From positions 288,001 through 352,000 of the forward strand of contig OZ220691.1 in NCBI GenBank assembly GCA_965116475.1: 64,000 nucleotides of DNA, in the 5' to 3' direction. Each line of letters starts with the position of its first letter. The first letter of the stretch is position 1. Below, piece by piece: positions 10,174 to 19,280 of the stretch. Below the pieces are notes generated by a model, which worked only from the letters and a program-made list of their open reading frames with translations, was not told the DNA's origin and ran no database searches. Source of the DNA: Gemmatimonadota bacterium. Its GTDB lineage: Bacteria > Gemmatimonadota > Gemmatimonadetes > Palauibacterales > Palauibacteraceae. Both the position numbers and the translations under genes were made by a program.

Positions 10174-11028
10174 TCAGCGGCCGGGCACAGACGACGCCGC
10201 GGCGAGGCGCCCGATCCAGCGCGCGTACACGTCGGGGCGGCGGTCGCGCCAGAACAGGCGGCGGGCGGTGGAGACCGCGCACCGCGACAGGTCCACGTCG
10301 GCGTAGAGGATCGCCTCTTTCCCTGCAGGCGCGCGCGCGAGGACGACGCCCTCGGGATCGACGACGAAGGACTCTCCGGCGAAGGTGAGGCGGGGCTCCT
10401 CGCCGACGCGGTTGGCCAGCGCGGCGAAGTAGCCGTTCTGGAAGGCCGCCACGCGCAACTCGGCCTCGAACAACCCCTCGGGCCACTCGCCGACGGCGCC
10501 CGCCTGCGGGATGACGACGAGTTGCGCCCCGCGTTCTCCGAGGCGCCGCATGTACTCGGGATAGTGGCGGTCGTAGCAGATCGCGACGCCCACGCGTCCC
10601 ACGGCCGTGTCGTAGACGAGCGCGTCTGTGTCGCCCTTGGCGTAGTAGTGCTGTTCGTGGAAGCAGGCGTACTCGGTGATGTGCATCATCCGCGTCACCC
10701 CGAGCAGCGAGCCGTCCGCGTCGAACACGGGCGTGCTGTCGTAGCACCGGCCGTCGGGGCCGAGTTCGTACTGGTTGAACACGGTGACGAGGCCGAGTTC
10801 GGCGGCGCGCGCGGCGATGCGGTCGCAGGTGGGACCGGGGATCGGCTCCGCGATCTCCGCGGCGGCGGCGTCGTCCGGCCGCTGCGGGAAGAAGCGGTCG
10901 ATCGCGAGTTCGGGGAACGCGACGAGATCGGCGCCCTCCGCCGCGGCGCGCCCCATCGCGCCGAGCGCGCGTTCGAGGTTGCGAGTGCGGTCGGGCCCCG
11001 CGGACTGCTGTACAAGTGCGATCTTCAT
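10174..11028 (-). CDS. Carbon-nitrogen hydrolase (nitrilase superfamily; N-carbamoylputrescine amidase/beta-ureidopropionase-like)
   Basis: MKIALVQ start, FPEL, ICYDRHYPE catalytic Cys motif, NRVG, F.RDRRP..Y; the expected catalytic Lys position reads TRMMH. Confidence 0.88.
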   Translation of the reverse strand: MKIALVQQSAGPDRTRNLERALGAMGRAAAEGADLVAFPELAIDRFFPQRPDDAAAAEIAEPIPGPTCDRIAARAAELGLVTVFNQYELGPDGRCYDSTPVFDADGSLLGVTRMMHITEYACFHEQHYYAKGDTDALVYDTAVGRVGVAICYDRHYPEYMRRLGERGAQLVVIPQAGAVGEWPEGLFEAELRVAAFQNGYFAALANRVGEEPRLTFAGESFVVDPEGVVLARAPAGKEAILYADVDLSRCAVSTARRLFWRDRRPDVYARWIGRLAAASSVPGR

Positions 11029-11103
11029 CGGAGGATTGTCGGCGCGCGCGCCGGGACCCGCAACGGGGTCCGCGTATGCACCGGTGCTCGTTAGTTTGCT
11101 TTC

Positions 11104-11844
11104 ATGTGCGGACGCTTCAGCCTTCAGACCCCGGTGCCCGATCTGGCCGAACTCTTCGAGGCCGATCCGTCGCGGCTCGAGGCATGGTCCGCCCGCTACA
11201 ACGTGGCGCCCACGGACGAGGTCGTCGCGCTGCGGCGGGGCGGCGGCGGCCGCGAGCTCGTTCCGCTTCGCTGGGGGCTGATCCCGAGCTGGGCGGAGGA
11301 TCGCGCGTCGCTCCCGCCGATGATCAACGCCCGCGCCGAGTCGCTCGAAACCCGGCGCGCGTTCAGGGATCTCGTCATCGACCGGCGCTGCGCCGTCCTC
11401 GCCGACGGCTTCTACGAATGGCGGAAGGAGGGCGGCCTGAAGCAGCCGTACTTCGTGCGGCGCCGGGACCGGCGGCCGATGGCGCTCGCGGGCCTGTGGG
11501 ACGTGTGGCGGGGGCCGGACGGCCGCATCCCCTCCTGCACGATCGTCACGACGGACGCGAACGACCTGCTCGAACCGCTGCACGACCGCATGCCGGTGAT
11601 CCTCGCGGGCGAGGGGGCGCAGATGTGGCTCGACCTCGACATCTCCGAGCGCACCATGGAGCCGCTCCAGCCGTTCGACCCGAGAGCGCTGGAGGTGTTC
11701 GCGGTCAGCCGGCGGGTCAACCGCGTCGCCGACGACGATGCGGCGTGCGCGGAGCCGCGGAGCGCCCCGATCCGCGAACCGTCGGGCTGGCGCGACCGCC
11801 CCCCGGTGGGCGACGCGCCCCCCGACCAGCTCGGGCTCTTCTGA
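11104..11844 (+). CDS. SOS response-associated peptidase (SRAP/YedK/HMCES abasic-site crosslinking protein)
   Basis: N-terminal MCGRF, YNVAPT, INARAE, GFYEW, HDRMPVIL. Confidence 0.93.
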   Translation: MCGRFSLQTPVPDLAELFEADPSRLEAWSARYNVAPTDEVVALRRGGGGRELVPLRWGLIPSWAEDRASLPPMINARAESLETRRAFRDLVIDRRCAVLADGFYEWRKEGGLKQPYFVRRRDRRPMALAGLWDVWRGPDGRIPSCTIVTTDANDLLEPLHDRMPVILAGEGAQMWLDLDISERTMEPLQPFDPRALEVFAVSRRVNRVADDDAACAEPRSAPIREPSGWRDRPPVGDAPPDQLGLF

Positions 11845-11860
11845 CACCGGCTGCGTCGCC

Positions 11861-12775
11861 CTAGAAGTTGGCGACCAGCGCGATCGTCAGCGTGGAGTCC
11901 AGCTTGTGGCGCGGGACGAGGACCGTCTCCCCGGTCGGCGTCCCGGCGGGCTGCTCGAGGGGAGCGCGGGTGAGCGCGGGCGCGTTGTCCCACACGAGCC
12001 GGAGACCCGTCTTCACGGCCAGCGAACTGTTGATGTCGACCGCGAGGGCGTTGGCGAGGTCGGCGCGGAGGTCCGCCGTATCCGAGAGGTTCTCGTCGAG
12101 CGTGAGCGTGCTCTCGAGGTTGGCCGTCTCCGTCAGCTGGCGCCGGAAGTTGGTGGAAACGCGGATGCCTCCGAAGCTCGAACTCCTGCCGGGGTCGTCG
12201 ACGACATCGTCCTGCATCGTGAACGTGACCCCGTAGTCGCTCTTGAGCCGAGTCGTCTCGGTGTCGATCCACATGTTCCCGATGCCGCCCACCAGGGAGA
12301 GCTTGCTGTCGTAGCCGGCGAACGTGTTCCGCTCCCACGCGGCGCCGGTCGCGAGGTGGACGTGATCCGAGAACGAACGCTCGAATTCGCCCCGCGCGAA
12401 GTAGTTCTCGGCCGTCGGCTCGGGATCGGCGTCGCTCGTCACGTCGAAGTGGTCCGGTGTCCCCACGGCGATGCGCCGGGTCGTGCCGGACTCGGTGCGG
12501 AGGCCGCCCGCGCTCAGCGACAGTTCTCCCCCGCCCCATTCGCGCCGGGCGCCCCCGCCGAGACCGAAGGTGCGCACGGTGGAGTTCCCCGACGTGAACA
12601 GCAGGCTCAGTTCCGCATTGTACGACCAGCGGATCTCCGGCTCTTCTTCTCCCTGGGGAGCTTCCTGCAGGGACGCGACCGGAGCGGCGGCCAGTACGGC
12701 GAGCGCCGCGGCCAGCACGGGAATCACCCCGCAGGTGGCGCCGGATCCCACCTCCATCCTTGCGAACGACTTCAT
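11861..12775 (-). CDS. DUF481/YdiY-like outer-membrane beta-barrel protein
   Basis: Signal peptide; W...AELS....SGNS; alternating beta-strand pattern; terminal Phe. Start could be GTG 12784. Confidence 0.75.
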   Translation of the reverse strand: MKSFARMEVGSGATCGVIPVLAAALAVLAAAPVASLQEAPQGEEEPEIRWSYNAELSLLFTSGNSTVRTFGLGGGARREWGGGELSLSAGGLRTESGTTRRIAVGTPDHFDVTSDADPEPTAENYFARGEFERSFSDHVHLATGAAWERNTFAGYDSKLSLVGGIGNMWIDTETTRLKSDYGVTFTMQDDVVDDPGRSSSFGGIRVSTNFRRQLTETANLESTLTLDENLSDTADLRADLANALAVDINSSLAVKTGLRLVWDNAPALTRAPLEQPAGTPTGETVLVPRHKLDSTLTIALVANF

Positions 12776-12924
12776 CTTCCTCACCCCTCGGGTATGTGGG
12801 TCGACACGGGAAACACACTGGAAACTCCGCGCCGGACACGGCGGCGAAGGCTGGCCGGACGCGCTTCGGTGGGCCAGCTTTATTCGACCGTATTATCCGT
12901 TCCCCTTCGAGGAGTTCCAAACGC

Positions 12925-14394
12925 ATGTCCATGTCAGCCAGGTATCGCGCCGCGAACAGGACTCTCCCCGGCCATCTGCTCCTCGCAGCCACCCTCATCG
13001 CCGTATCCCCGCCCCCGGCAGTCGCGGCTCAGGACGCGCAGATCGCGGCGATCGAGGCGCGGCGCAACCACTACGGGAGCGTGGCGCGCCAGATCTGGGA
13101 ATGGGCCGAGGTCGGCTACCAGGAGGAGAAGAGTTCCGAGCTGCTCAAGGGCGAGCTCGAGGCTGCGGGGTTCTCGATTGAATCGGGGGTCGCCGACATG
13201 CCCACGGCGTTCGTGGCGAGCTACGGCTCGGGAGGGCCGGTCATCGGGATCCTGGCCGAGTACGACGCGCTGCCGGGCATCTCGCAGGACGCCGTGCCCC
13301 AGCGCTCGCCCATCATCATTGGAGGCGCGGGTCACGCGTGCGGACACCACCTGTTCGGGGCGGGCTCCGTGGCGGCGGCGATCGCGGTGAAGGAATGGCT
13401 GGAGGAGACGGGACACGAGGGGACGATCCGGCTCTACGGCACGCCCGCCGAGGAGGGGGGCGCGGGGAAGGTGTACATGGTGCGCGAGGGGCTGTTCGAC
13501 GACGTGGATGTGGCGCTGCACTGGCATCCCGGCGCGCGGAACAGCGCGAGGGTGGGGCGGTCGCTGGCCAACAAGTCCGCCAAGTTCCGCTTCCGCGGCT
13601 ATTCCGCGCACGCGGCGGGCGCGCCGGAGCGGGGACGGAGCGCGCTCGACGGGGTCGAGGCGATGAACCACATGGTGAACCTCATGCGCGAGCACGTGCC
13701 GCAGGAGACGCGCATCCACTACGTGATCACGCAGGGCGGGTTCGCGCCCAACGTCGTGCCGGATTTTGCGGAGGTCTACTACTACGTGCGGCACCCGGAC
13801 GCCCCCACCGTGCTCAGGCTGTTCGAGCGCGTGGCGCGCGCGGCCGAGGGCGCGGCGATGGGGACCGGGACCGGGATGGAATACGAGGTGATCCACGGGC
13901 TGTACGACCTCGTGCCCAACGTCGCTCTCGGGCGCGTAATGGACGCGAACCTGCGCAAGGTCGGGGGCGTGGAGTACACGGAGGCGGAGCGGGCCTTCGC
14001 CCAGCAGATCCAGGACTCCTTCGTGGGCGGTTCCGGTCGGCCTCTGGGCTCCGAGGCCGAGATCGAGGAGTTCGGAGTCGACCCGGCGGGCGGCGGATCG
14101 ACCGATGTCGGCGACGTCAGTTGGGTCGTGCCGACGACGGGGCTGTCGACGGCCACCTGGGTGCCGGGCACGTCCGCGCACAGCTGGCAGGCCGTGGCGG
14201 CCGGGGGCACCGATATCGGGACGAAGGGGATGATCGTCGCGGCAAAGACGCTCGCCCTGACGACGATCGAACTCTTCCAGAGCCCGGACGTGATCGCCGC
14301 CGCGTGGGAGGAACTGCGGGCGCACCGCGGCGCGGACTTCGAATATTCCGCGCTGCTCGGCGACCGCCCACCGCCGCTGGACTACCGCCGCTAG
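12925..14394 (+). CDS. Exported M20-family amidohydrolase (AbgB-like)
   Basis: Signal peptide ending AVAAQ; EYDALPG, GHACGHHL, GTPAEE, WHP, GSTDVGDVSW motifs; GGAG RBS. Confidence 0.9.
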   Translation: MSMSARYRAANRTLPGHLLLAATLIAVSPPPAVAAQDAQIAAIEARRNHYGSVARQIWEWAEVGYQEEKSSELLKGELEAAGFSIESGVADMPTAFVASYGSGGPVIGILAEYDALPGISQDAVPQRSPIIIGGAGHACGHHLFGAGSVAAAIAVKEWLEETGHEGTIRLYGTPAEEGGAGKVYMVREGLFDDVDVALHWHPGARNSARVGRSLANKSAKFRFRGYSAHAAGAPERGRSALDGVEAMNHMVNLMREHVPQETRIHYVITQGGFAPNVVPDFAEVYYYVRHPDAPTVLRLFERVARAAEGAAMGTGTGMEYEVIHGLYDLVPNVALGRVMDANLRKVGGVEYTEAERAFAQQIQDSFVGGSGRPLGSEAEIEEFGVDPAGGGSTDVGDVSWVVPTTGLSTATWVPGTSAHSWQAVAAGGTDIGTKGMIVAAKTLALTTIELFQSPDVIAAAWEELRAHRGADFEYSALLGDRPPPLDYRR

Positions 14395-14396
14395 AC

Positions 14397-15077
14397 TTAG
14401 TCCTTTCGCGGCGAGAGGCGGTCGATGAGGTCGCTCATCCAGCGGCCCGCCAGGTCCTTGCAGCCGAGCCCGAAGGCGAGGGCCAGCGCGAAGCTGATCG
14501 CCGCGAGGATGATCAGGAAGGCGTCGCCCACGAACTGGACCTGAACCTGCTGCAGGGCCACGACCACGGCGAAGATGATGACCACGACCTGCGCGAACTG
14601 CCCCAGCACCTGGGCCTGCACGATGCCCGCGTTGCTGGCCACGGCGCGGACCGTGGCCCCCAGAAACCCGGCAGCCAGGATCCCCAGAATCAACACGACG
14701 ATGGCCGTCACGATCGTGGGCAGGAAGCCGACGAGCCGCTGGAGCAACTCTGCGGTGGCGGTGAGCTGCAGCGCGTTCAGCGCCGCCACCAGCACGACGA
14801 GCATGACGACCCAGTAGACCAGGGCTGCGACCAACTGGGAGAACGTGCGTTCGATGCCTCCCTTGGCCAACATCTCCGCCAACTGGATCCTCTCCGCCAG
14901 ACGATCCGCCTTCACGGCGCGGAGAAGCCGGGTGAGCGCCGTCTTGACCAGCCTGGCGACGATCCAGCCACCGACCAGAATCGCCACCACGGCCACCAGG
15001 TTGGGCAGAAACCCGACCAGTTGATCGAGGAAGGCGCGGATCGGCTCAAGCAGTATCGCGTCCCAATCCATGTCCAT
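14397..15077 (-). CDS. MscS-associated TM-helix repeat membrane protein (CmpX-like)
   Basis: Two repeats of (F)LP.LV.A..IL..G; ALAFGLG.K C-terminal motif; hydrophobic throughout. Confidence 0.8.
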   Translation of the reverse strand: MDMDWDAILLEPIRAFLDQLVGFLPNLVAVVAILVGGWIVARLVKTALTRLLRAVKADRLAERIQLAEMLAKGGIERTFSQLVAALVYWVVMLVVLVAALNALQLTATAELLQRLVGFLPTIVTAIVVLILGILAAGFLGATVRAVASNAGIVQAQVLGQFAQVVVIIFAVVVALQQVQVQFVGDAFLIILAAISFALALAFGLGCKDLAGRWMSDLIDRLSPRKD

Positions 15078-15233
15078 CGTGGTTCCCTCCAGCGCAAAAA
15101 ACGGTTGCTTGTCGGGGGGCGCCTCCGCCCGGGCCGATAGAGGACTTAGAATGATGAGCGGGAGTCCAGGTCACCAGCCTCACACCGCGTCCGGCAACGG
15201 TCCGGAGCGACGGCAGGCGGCTTCCGGGGGCCG

Positions 15234-15674
15234 TCAGCGGGCCCGCACTGTGCCCGTGGGCCCGACGCTGGCGCGGCGGAGTTGCCGACAGGCGTCGAAG
15301 TCGTCGGGGGTTAGCGCGATGACGGGCGGGGCGCGGTCGTAGAGCTGAGCGGCGACGATGGCGGCGAGCGCGAGGAAGGTGTCGGGGCCGCGGGTCAGGA
15401 AGGCAGCGGGGGCGGTGCCGCGGCGGATGGCCTCGAGGAGGACGGCGGTCGTGGTGCTGGAGCCGCGGGTCGCCGGGATGGCCATGATGCGGCCGGTGCC
15501 GACCTGGCCGGACAGCGGATGGCGCCGGTCGATGATCTCGCCGGTCTCCGCGTCGTAGCCGCCCCAGAAGCTGAGCGGCTCGGAGGAGTAGAGGACGGCG
15601 CCTTCCGCGGCGCCCGCGACGAGCGCTCGACCGGTCAGCGGACCGGAGCCCGACGCGGCCGACCGATCGCTCAC
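15234..15674 (-). CDS. Aconitase X small (swivel, DUF126) subunit
   Basis: GTG overlaps upstream stop (GTGA); LSFWGG.D..TG.IID..HPL.G and RGSS motifs. Confidence 0.88.
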   Translation of the reverse strand: MSDRSAASGSGPLTGRALVAGAAEGAVLYSSEPLSFWGGYDAETGEIIDRRHPLSGQVGTGRIMAIPATRGSSTTTAVLLEAIRRGTAPAAFLTRGPDTFLALAAIVAAQLYDRAPPVIALTPDDFDACRQLRRASVGPTGTVRAR

Positions 15675-16951
15675 GGCTCGGCGGCCCACGCGCGGTCGTC
15701 GCGCGTGACGCGACCGGCGACGACGGATTCCACGCAGTCCGCCAGGCTCCCGAAGGCGACGGCGCGTTCGAGCAGGCCGGGCGTGTACCACGCGTACTTG
15801 GCGGAGTTGGTCATGAGTCGCCGGATGCTCTCCGGCAGCATCGGCGTGGTCAGGATGCAGGTGTCGACCGTCAGCTCTCCGCCGAACGATTCGATCGCGT
15901 CGAGGTAGCCGGCCTCCCGCGCCAGCGCGCGCACCGCGCGGCCCGTCGTGATCAGCAGCCGCACCCCGGGGTGGCGCCGCCGGCCATCGACGAGCCGCGC
16001 CAGGGCGGCGAATTCCGACAGCGAGAAGTGGGGACTCCCCAGCACGACGAGGTCGAGCCCGTCCGCGTCCGACAGCCCCGAGCCGAGTTCGTCCCGCGCC
16101 GCCCGCAGTGCGACGGGCCCCGGACGCAGCCGCGCCGCCGGTTCCCTCCCCTGAAACGCCGCATCGAGGTCCGGCGCCTCGGGCGTGAGGCCGACCCAGT
16201 GGTACAGGCCCACGGCGCCCGAGGAGGCCATGGCGGCTCCCAGCGCCTTCAGGTCGTCCTCCCCCGGCCGGGCCGGGAGCCCGTCGAGCACCGGGATCCG
16301 CCCCTCTACGCGCAGACCGATCCAGTGTCCCAGCACCGGATACAGCGCGGACTCCTCGGCGAGCCGCGTCGGGACGCGGGAGAGATCGACGAGCACCTCC
16401 CCGGCCCGATTTCCGGTCAGATGGAGCCCGGCGGCCGGAGCCCGGCCCGTGACCGCACAGCAGATGTCCAGCAGGTCGGGATAGCGCTCGGTGCGCGCCC
16501 CCAGCACCGAGTTCGCGAACACGATCGCGCTCGACTCGCCCCAGGCGACCTGCTCCCCGACACCCGGCCGCGGCTGCGTCTGGTAGGGCGCGCACGTCCA
16601 CGTGGGCTCGCACCCCATCGTCTCGTACGCCTGCATCTGGCGCCGGGCCGGCTCCGCCCAGGATTCGGGCACGTCCCACTCGCGCCAGCCGTGCTGGTCG
16701 ACCCCGGAGACGTTGAGCGTCGTGGGCACCCTCACCCGCGCCCCGCCATCCGCCAGGCGCTCCGCGAACTCGAGCGTCGCGGGGCCCTGATAGAGCGACG
16801 AATCGATATGCGCCGCCGTGATGTCGAGCAGTTCCCGCGCCCCGACCACATCGGCCATGCGCGCCAGGATCGACATCGCGAGCCGCGCGCCCTCCCCCTC
16901 ATCTCCCCGCAGGAGGGCGAGATCTCCGGGATCGAGGCGGACGCCCGTCAT
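15671..16951 (-). CDS. Aconitase X large (catalytic, DUF521) subunit
   Basis: AHID, PTTLN, PTWTCAPY, AWGESSA..FANSVLGART, G.PH, DTC, TNSAK.A.Y motifs. Start ambiguous (in-frame ATGs at 16951/16966/16981/16996). Confidence 0.9.
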   Translation of the reverse strand: MTGVRLDPGDLALLRGDEGEGARLAMSILARMADVVGARELLDITAAHIDSSLYQGPATLEFAERLADGGARVRVPTTLNVSGVDQHGWREWDVPESWAEPARRQMQAYETMGCEPTWTCAPYQTQPRPGVGEQVAWGESSAIVFANSVLGARTERYPDLLDICCAVTGRAPAAGLHLTGNRAGEVLVDLSRVPTRLAEESALYPVLGHWIGLRVEGRIPVLDGLPARPGEDDLKALGAAMASSGAVGLYHWVGLTPEAPDLDAAFQGREPAARLRPGPVALRAARDELGSGLSDADGLDLVVLGSPHFSLSEFAALARLVDGRRRHPGVRLLITTGRAVRALAREAGYLDAIESFGGELTVDTCILTTPMLPESIRRLMTNSAKYAWYTPGLLERAVAFGSLADCVESVVAGRVTRDDRAWAAEP

Positions 16952-17008
16952 CCGGCCGTGTTGCATCCGGCGTCGTTCCATCCGGCGTTGTTCCATCCGG
17001 CGCTGTTC
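16949..17008. repeat. 4 x 15-bp degenerate tandem repeat (CATCCGGCGYYGTTC)
   Basis: Units catccggccgtgttg, catccggcgtcgttc, catccggcgttgttc, catccggcgctgttc read directly. Confidence 0.9.
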
Positions 17009-17061
17009 GGTCCCATGTTCCGTTCAACACACCTGTGAGTCCGAAGCCCACGGATCCGACC

Positions 17062-17799
17062 ATGCGCATCGTCTACTTCCTTCCCGGACCGATGTCCCGC
17101 GGCCCTCTCGGGCCCGAGGAACTCGTCCGGCGCCAGGCTTTCCTCAACGAGCATGCCTTCCACGGGACGGAAGCCGTCGTTCGCGAGACGGAGAACGGTC
17201 CGGCCTCGGTCGAGTCGTCCGCCGAGGAGTACCTCTCGGTGCCCGGCATCCTCGAAGCCGCGCCGCGTCTCGAGGCGGAGGGGTTCGACGCGATGATCAT
17301 CGGGTGTTTCGGCGACCCCGGCCTCGCGCCGGCGCGTGAACTCGTCGACTTCCCGATCATCGGCCCGGGCCAGGCCGGCGCGCTCGCCGCGGCGCAGATG
17401 GGGCAGCGCTTCGCGATCATCACGGTCGTGGACGAAGTCGTGCCCGCGATTCGCCGCCAGATGCGGGGCTACGGCCTCGAAGGGCTGGTGGCGGACATCC
17501 GGGCGGTGGACGTCCCGGTGCTCGAACTGCGGCAGCGCGCGGATCAGGTGCTCGAGACGCTCGAGACGGAAGCTCACGCGGCGCTGCGCGCCGGCGCGGA
17601 CACGCTCGTGCTGGGCTGCATGACGATGGGTTTCCTCGACGTGGCGCGGAAGCTCGGCGAGCGCCTCGGCGTGCCGGTCATCAACCCCGTGCTCGCCGCG
17701 CTCAAGGCGGCGGAATCGTTCGCCGCCACCGGCGTGCGACCGTCCCCGCGCGCCTATCCCCCGCCCCGCAAGGAGATCGCCCCCGTCACGGTCGGATAA
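17062..17799 (+). CDS. Asp/Glu/hydantoin racemase family protein (AroM/HyuE-like)
   Basis: GPASVES, IIGCFGDPG and VLGCMTM two-Cys catalytic motifs, GVPVINP. Confidence 0.88.
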   Translation: MRIVYFLPGPMSRGPLGPEELVRRQAFLNEHAFHGTEAVVRETENGPASVESSAEEYLSVPGILEAAPRLEAEGFDAMIIGCFGDPGLAPARELVDFPIIGPGQAGALAAAQMGQRFAIITVVDEVVPAIRRQMRGYGLEGLVADIRAVDVPVLELRQRADQVLETLETEAHAALRAGADTLVLGCMTMGFLDVARKLGERLGVPVINPVLAALKAAESFAATGVRPSPRAYPPPRKEIAPVTVG

Positions 17800-19195
17800 T
17801 GCCGACGCCGTCCTCGATCGTCATCGTCGTGCCGAAGTCGGCGGAGAGTCTCGCCAGACCCTCGAGGATCTCCTGTCCGAGCGCGGCGTCCGCCATCATC
17901 GGGCGGCCGCGCACGGGGCGCGGCAACTGCCAGCCCATGGTGATGGGGTGGAGCTGGATCTCCTTCAGCGTCCCGCCCTCGTACTCCACGACGGGGACGA
18001 CGCTCTCCCAGAACCCCTTCCCCGCGGGGAAAGAGGAGGCGCCGGCCCGCTCGATCCGCACGTCCTGGAACCGGCCCGGGAGGTCCTCGTACCCGAGCCC
18101 CTGGGCCTCGTAGTTGTCCTGCGGCTGGAACTCGATCGTCTCGTTCTGCATGGCGAAGTTCGCCAGCGAGTAGAAGATCGGCTTGCCCCGGTACATCTCG
18201 ACCGCGCGCAGGATGTGGGGGCCGTGGCCCACGAACATGTCCGCGCCCGCATCGACGGCCGCGCGGGCGACGTCCACGAGGAAGTCGGCGGGCACCTCGC
18301 GGCGATCCGCGCCTTCGTGCGAGTGGCTGGTGACGATGACCCACTCGGCCTGTCGCTGCGCTTCCTTCACGACTTCGATGATCTCCGCCAGGTCCCCGGC
18401 GTGCGGCACCGTCTTCACGCCCGGCTTGTCGCCCTCCATGAACGTCATCCCGCCGAAGTTCAGCCTCGGGCCGGAGCCGCCTCCCCGCCCCGCCACGGCG
18501 AGGGCGTCGCGGAGCCCGGCCAGCTGCCCGGCGGTCACCGTCACCTGCCGCTCGTAGCGGATCGGGCTCAGCCCCGGCCGCCCCCGTACATCCGGCCGCT
18601 GGTGACCGGCGCGCATCGCGTCGGCGAAGGTCGAGGCGATCGAGATCAGCGCGACCCTTCCGCCGGGCGTGTCGACGTAGGCCGGGGCCCGCGCCCGCGC
18701 GAGGTTCTCGCCAAAGCCCGCGACGGCGAGTCCCGCCGCCTCTGCCGCCGCCACGGTGCGCCGCGCCCCGCCGGCACCGAAGTCCATCGTGTGGTTGTTG
18801 GCCAGGCTCACCATGTCGAAGCCGAACCAGGCGAGTTCGTGTGCGATCTCCGGCTCCGCCCGCATGTAGGTGCCGCCGCTGGCCGCCGCCGGGATCACGT
18901 CATCCTCGTAGTCGTGGAACAGGATCTCGAGGTTCACGAACGCGGTGGTCGCGTTCCGGATGATATCCCGGAGGGCGAGGAATTCGGGCTCCCGGTACGG
19001 AGACATCTTCCGGGAGATGATCGCGTCCCCCGCGAGGGCGATGGACATGTTCCCGCGCGCGTCCTCGAACGCCTGCGCCTCGAGCGTGGTCGGCGCGGCA
19101 AGGGCGGCCCCGGCGGCAAGCGAGAGGCCGACCGCAAACCCGACCGTGATCCCGGCGAACGTGAGAGATGACAGCGGAAGTCGATTCCGGCGCAT
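17786..19195 (-). CDS. CapA/PgsA-family metallophosphoesterase-fold protein, exported
   Basis: Signal peptide; GD, NLE, SLANNH.MDFG, SHSHE, GHGPH..., FYSL.NF motifs; GGAGG RBS. Confidence 0.9.
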   Translation of the reverse strand: MRRNRLPLSSLTFAGITVGFAVGLSLAAGAALAAPTTLEAQAFEDARGNMSIALAGDAIISRKMSPYREPEFLALRDIIRNATTAFVNLEILFHDYEDDVIPAAASGGTYMRAEPEIAHELAWFGFDMVSLANNHTMDFGAGGARRTVAAAEAAGLAVAGFGENLARARAPAYVDTPGGRVALISIASTFADAMRAGHQRPDVRGRPGLSPIRYERQVTVTAGQLAGLRDALAVAGRGGGSGPRLNFGGMTFMEGDKPGVKTVPHAGDLAEIIEVVKEAQRQAEWVIVTSHSHEGADRREVPADFLVDVARAAVDAGADMFVGHGPHILRAVEMYRGKPIFYSLANFAMQNETIEFQPQDNYEAQGLGYEDLPGRFQDVRIERAGASSFPAGKGFWESVVPVVEYEGGTLKEIQLHPITMGWQLPRPVRGRPMMADAALGQEILEGLARLSADFGTTMTIEDGVGIIRP

Positions 19196-19280
19196 GAGTG
19201 CCTCCGATGAGCTTTCCTGCTGGGCTTTTGCTTGTGCGGTTCGCATCCGGGCCGACAGATTCGACCGTATGAAGTACAAC

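Noticed and set aside
11104-11844. SRAP gene as a marker of a prophage or SOS mutagenesis cassette
   Set aside because: No phage, integrase, imuABC or umuDC genes nearby; no convincing LexA box seen
16949-17008. Short repeat arrays here and at 24097 and 53685 considered as CRISPR
   Set aside because: Units are directly adjacent with no unique spacers, and there are no cas genes
17740-17799. RAYPPP near the racemase C-terminus as an arrest motif
   Set aside because: Resembles the usual Y..P tail of this family; not RAPP; the next gene is convergent, so there is nothing to regulate
17786-19195. CapA gene as evidence of a poly-gamma-glutamate capsule
   Set aside because: No capB/capC in the window; stand-alone CapA-family proteins are widespread
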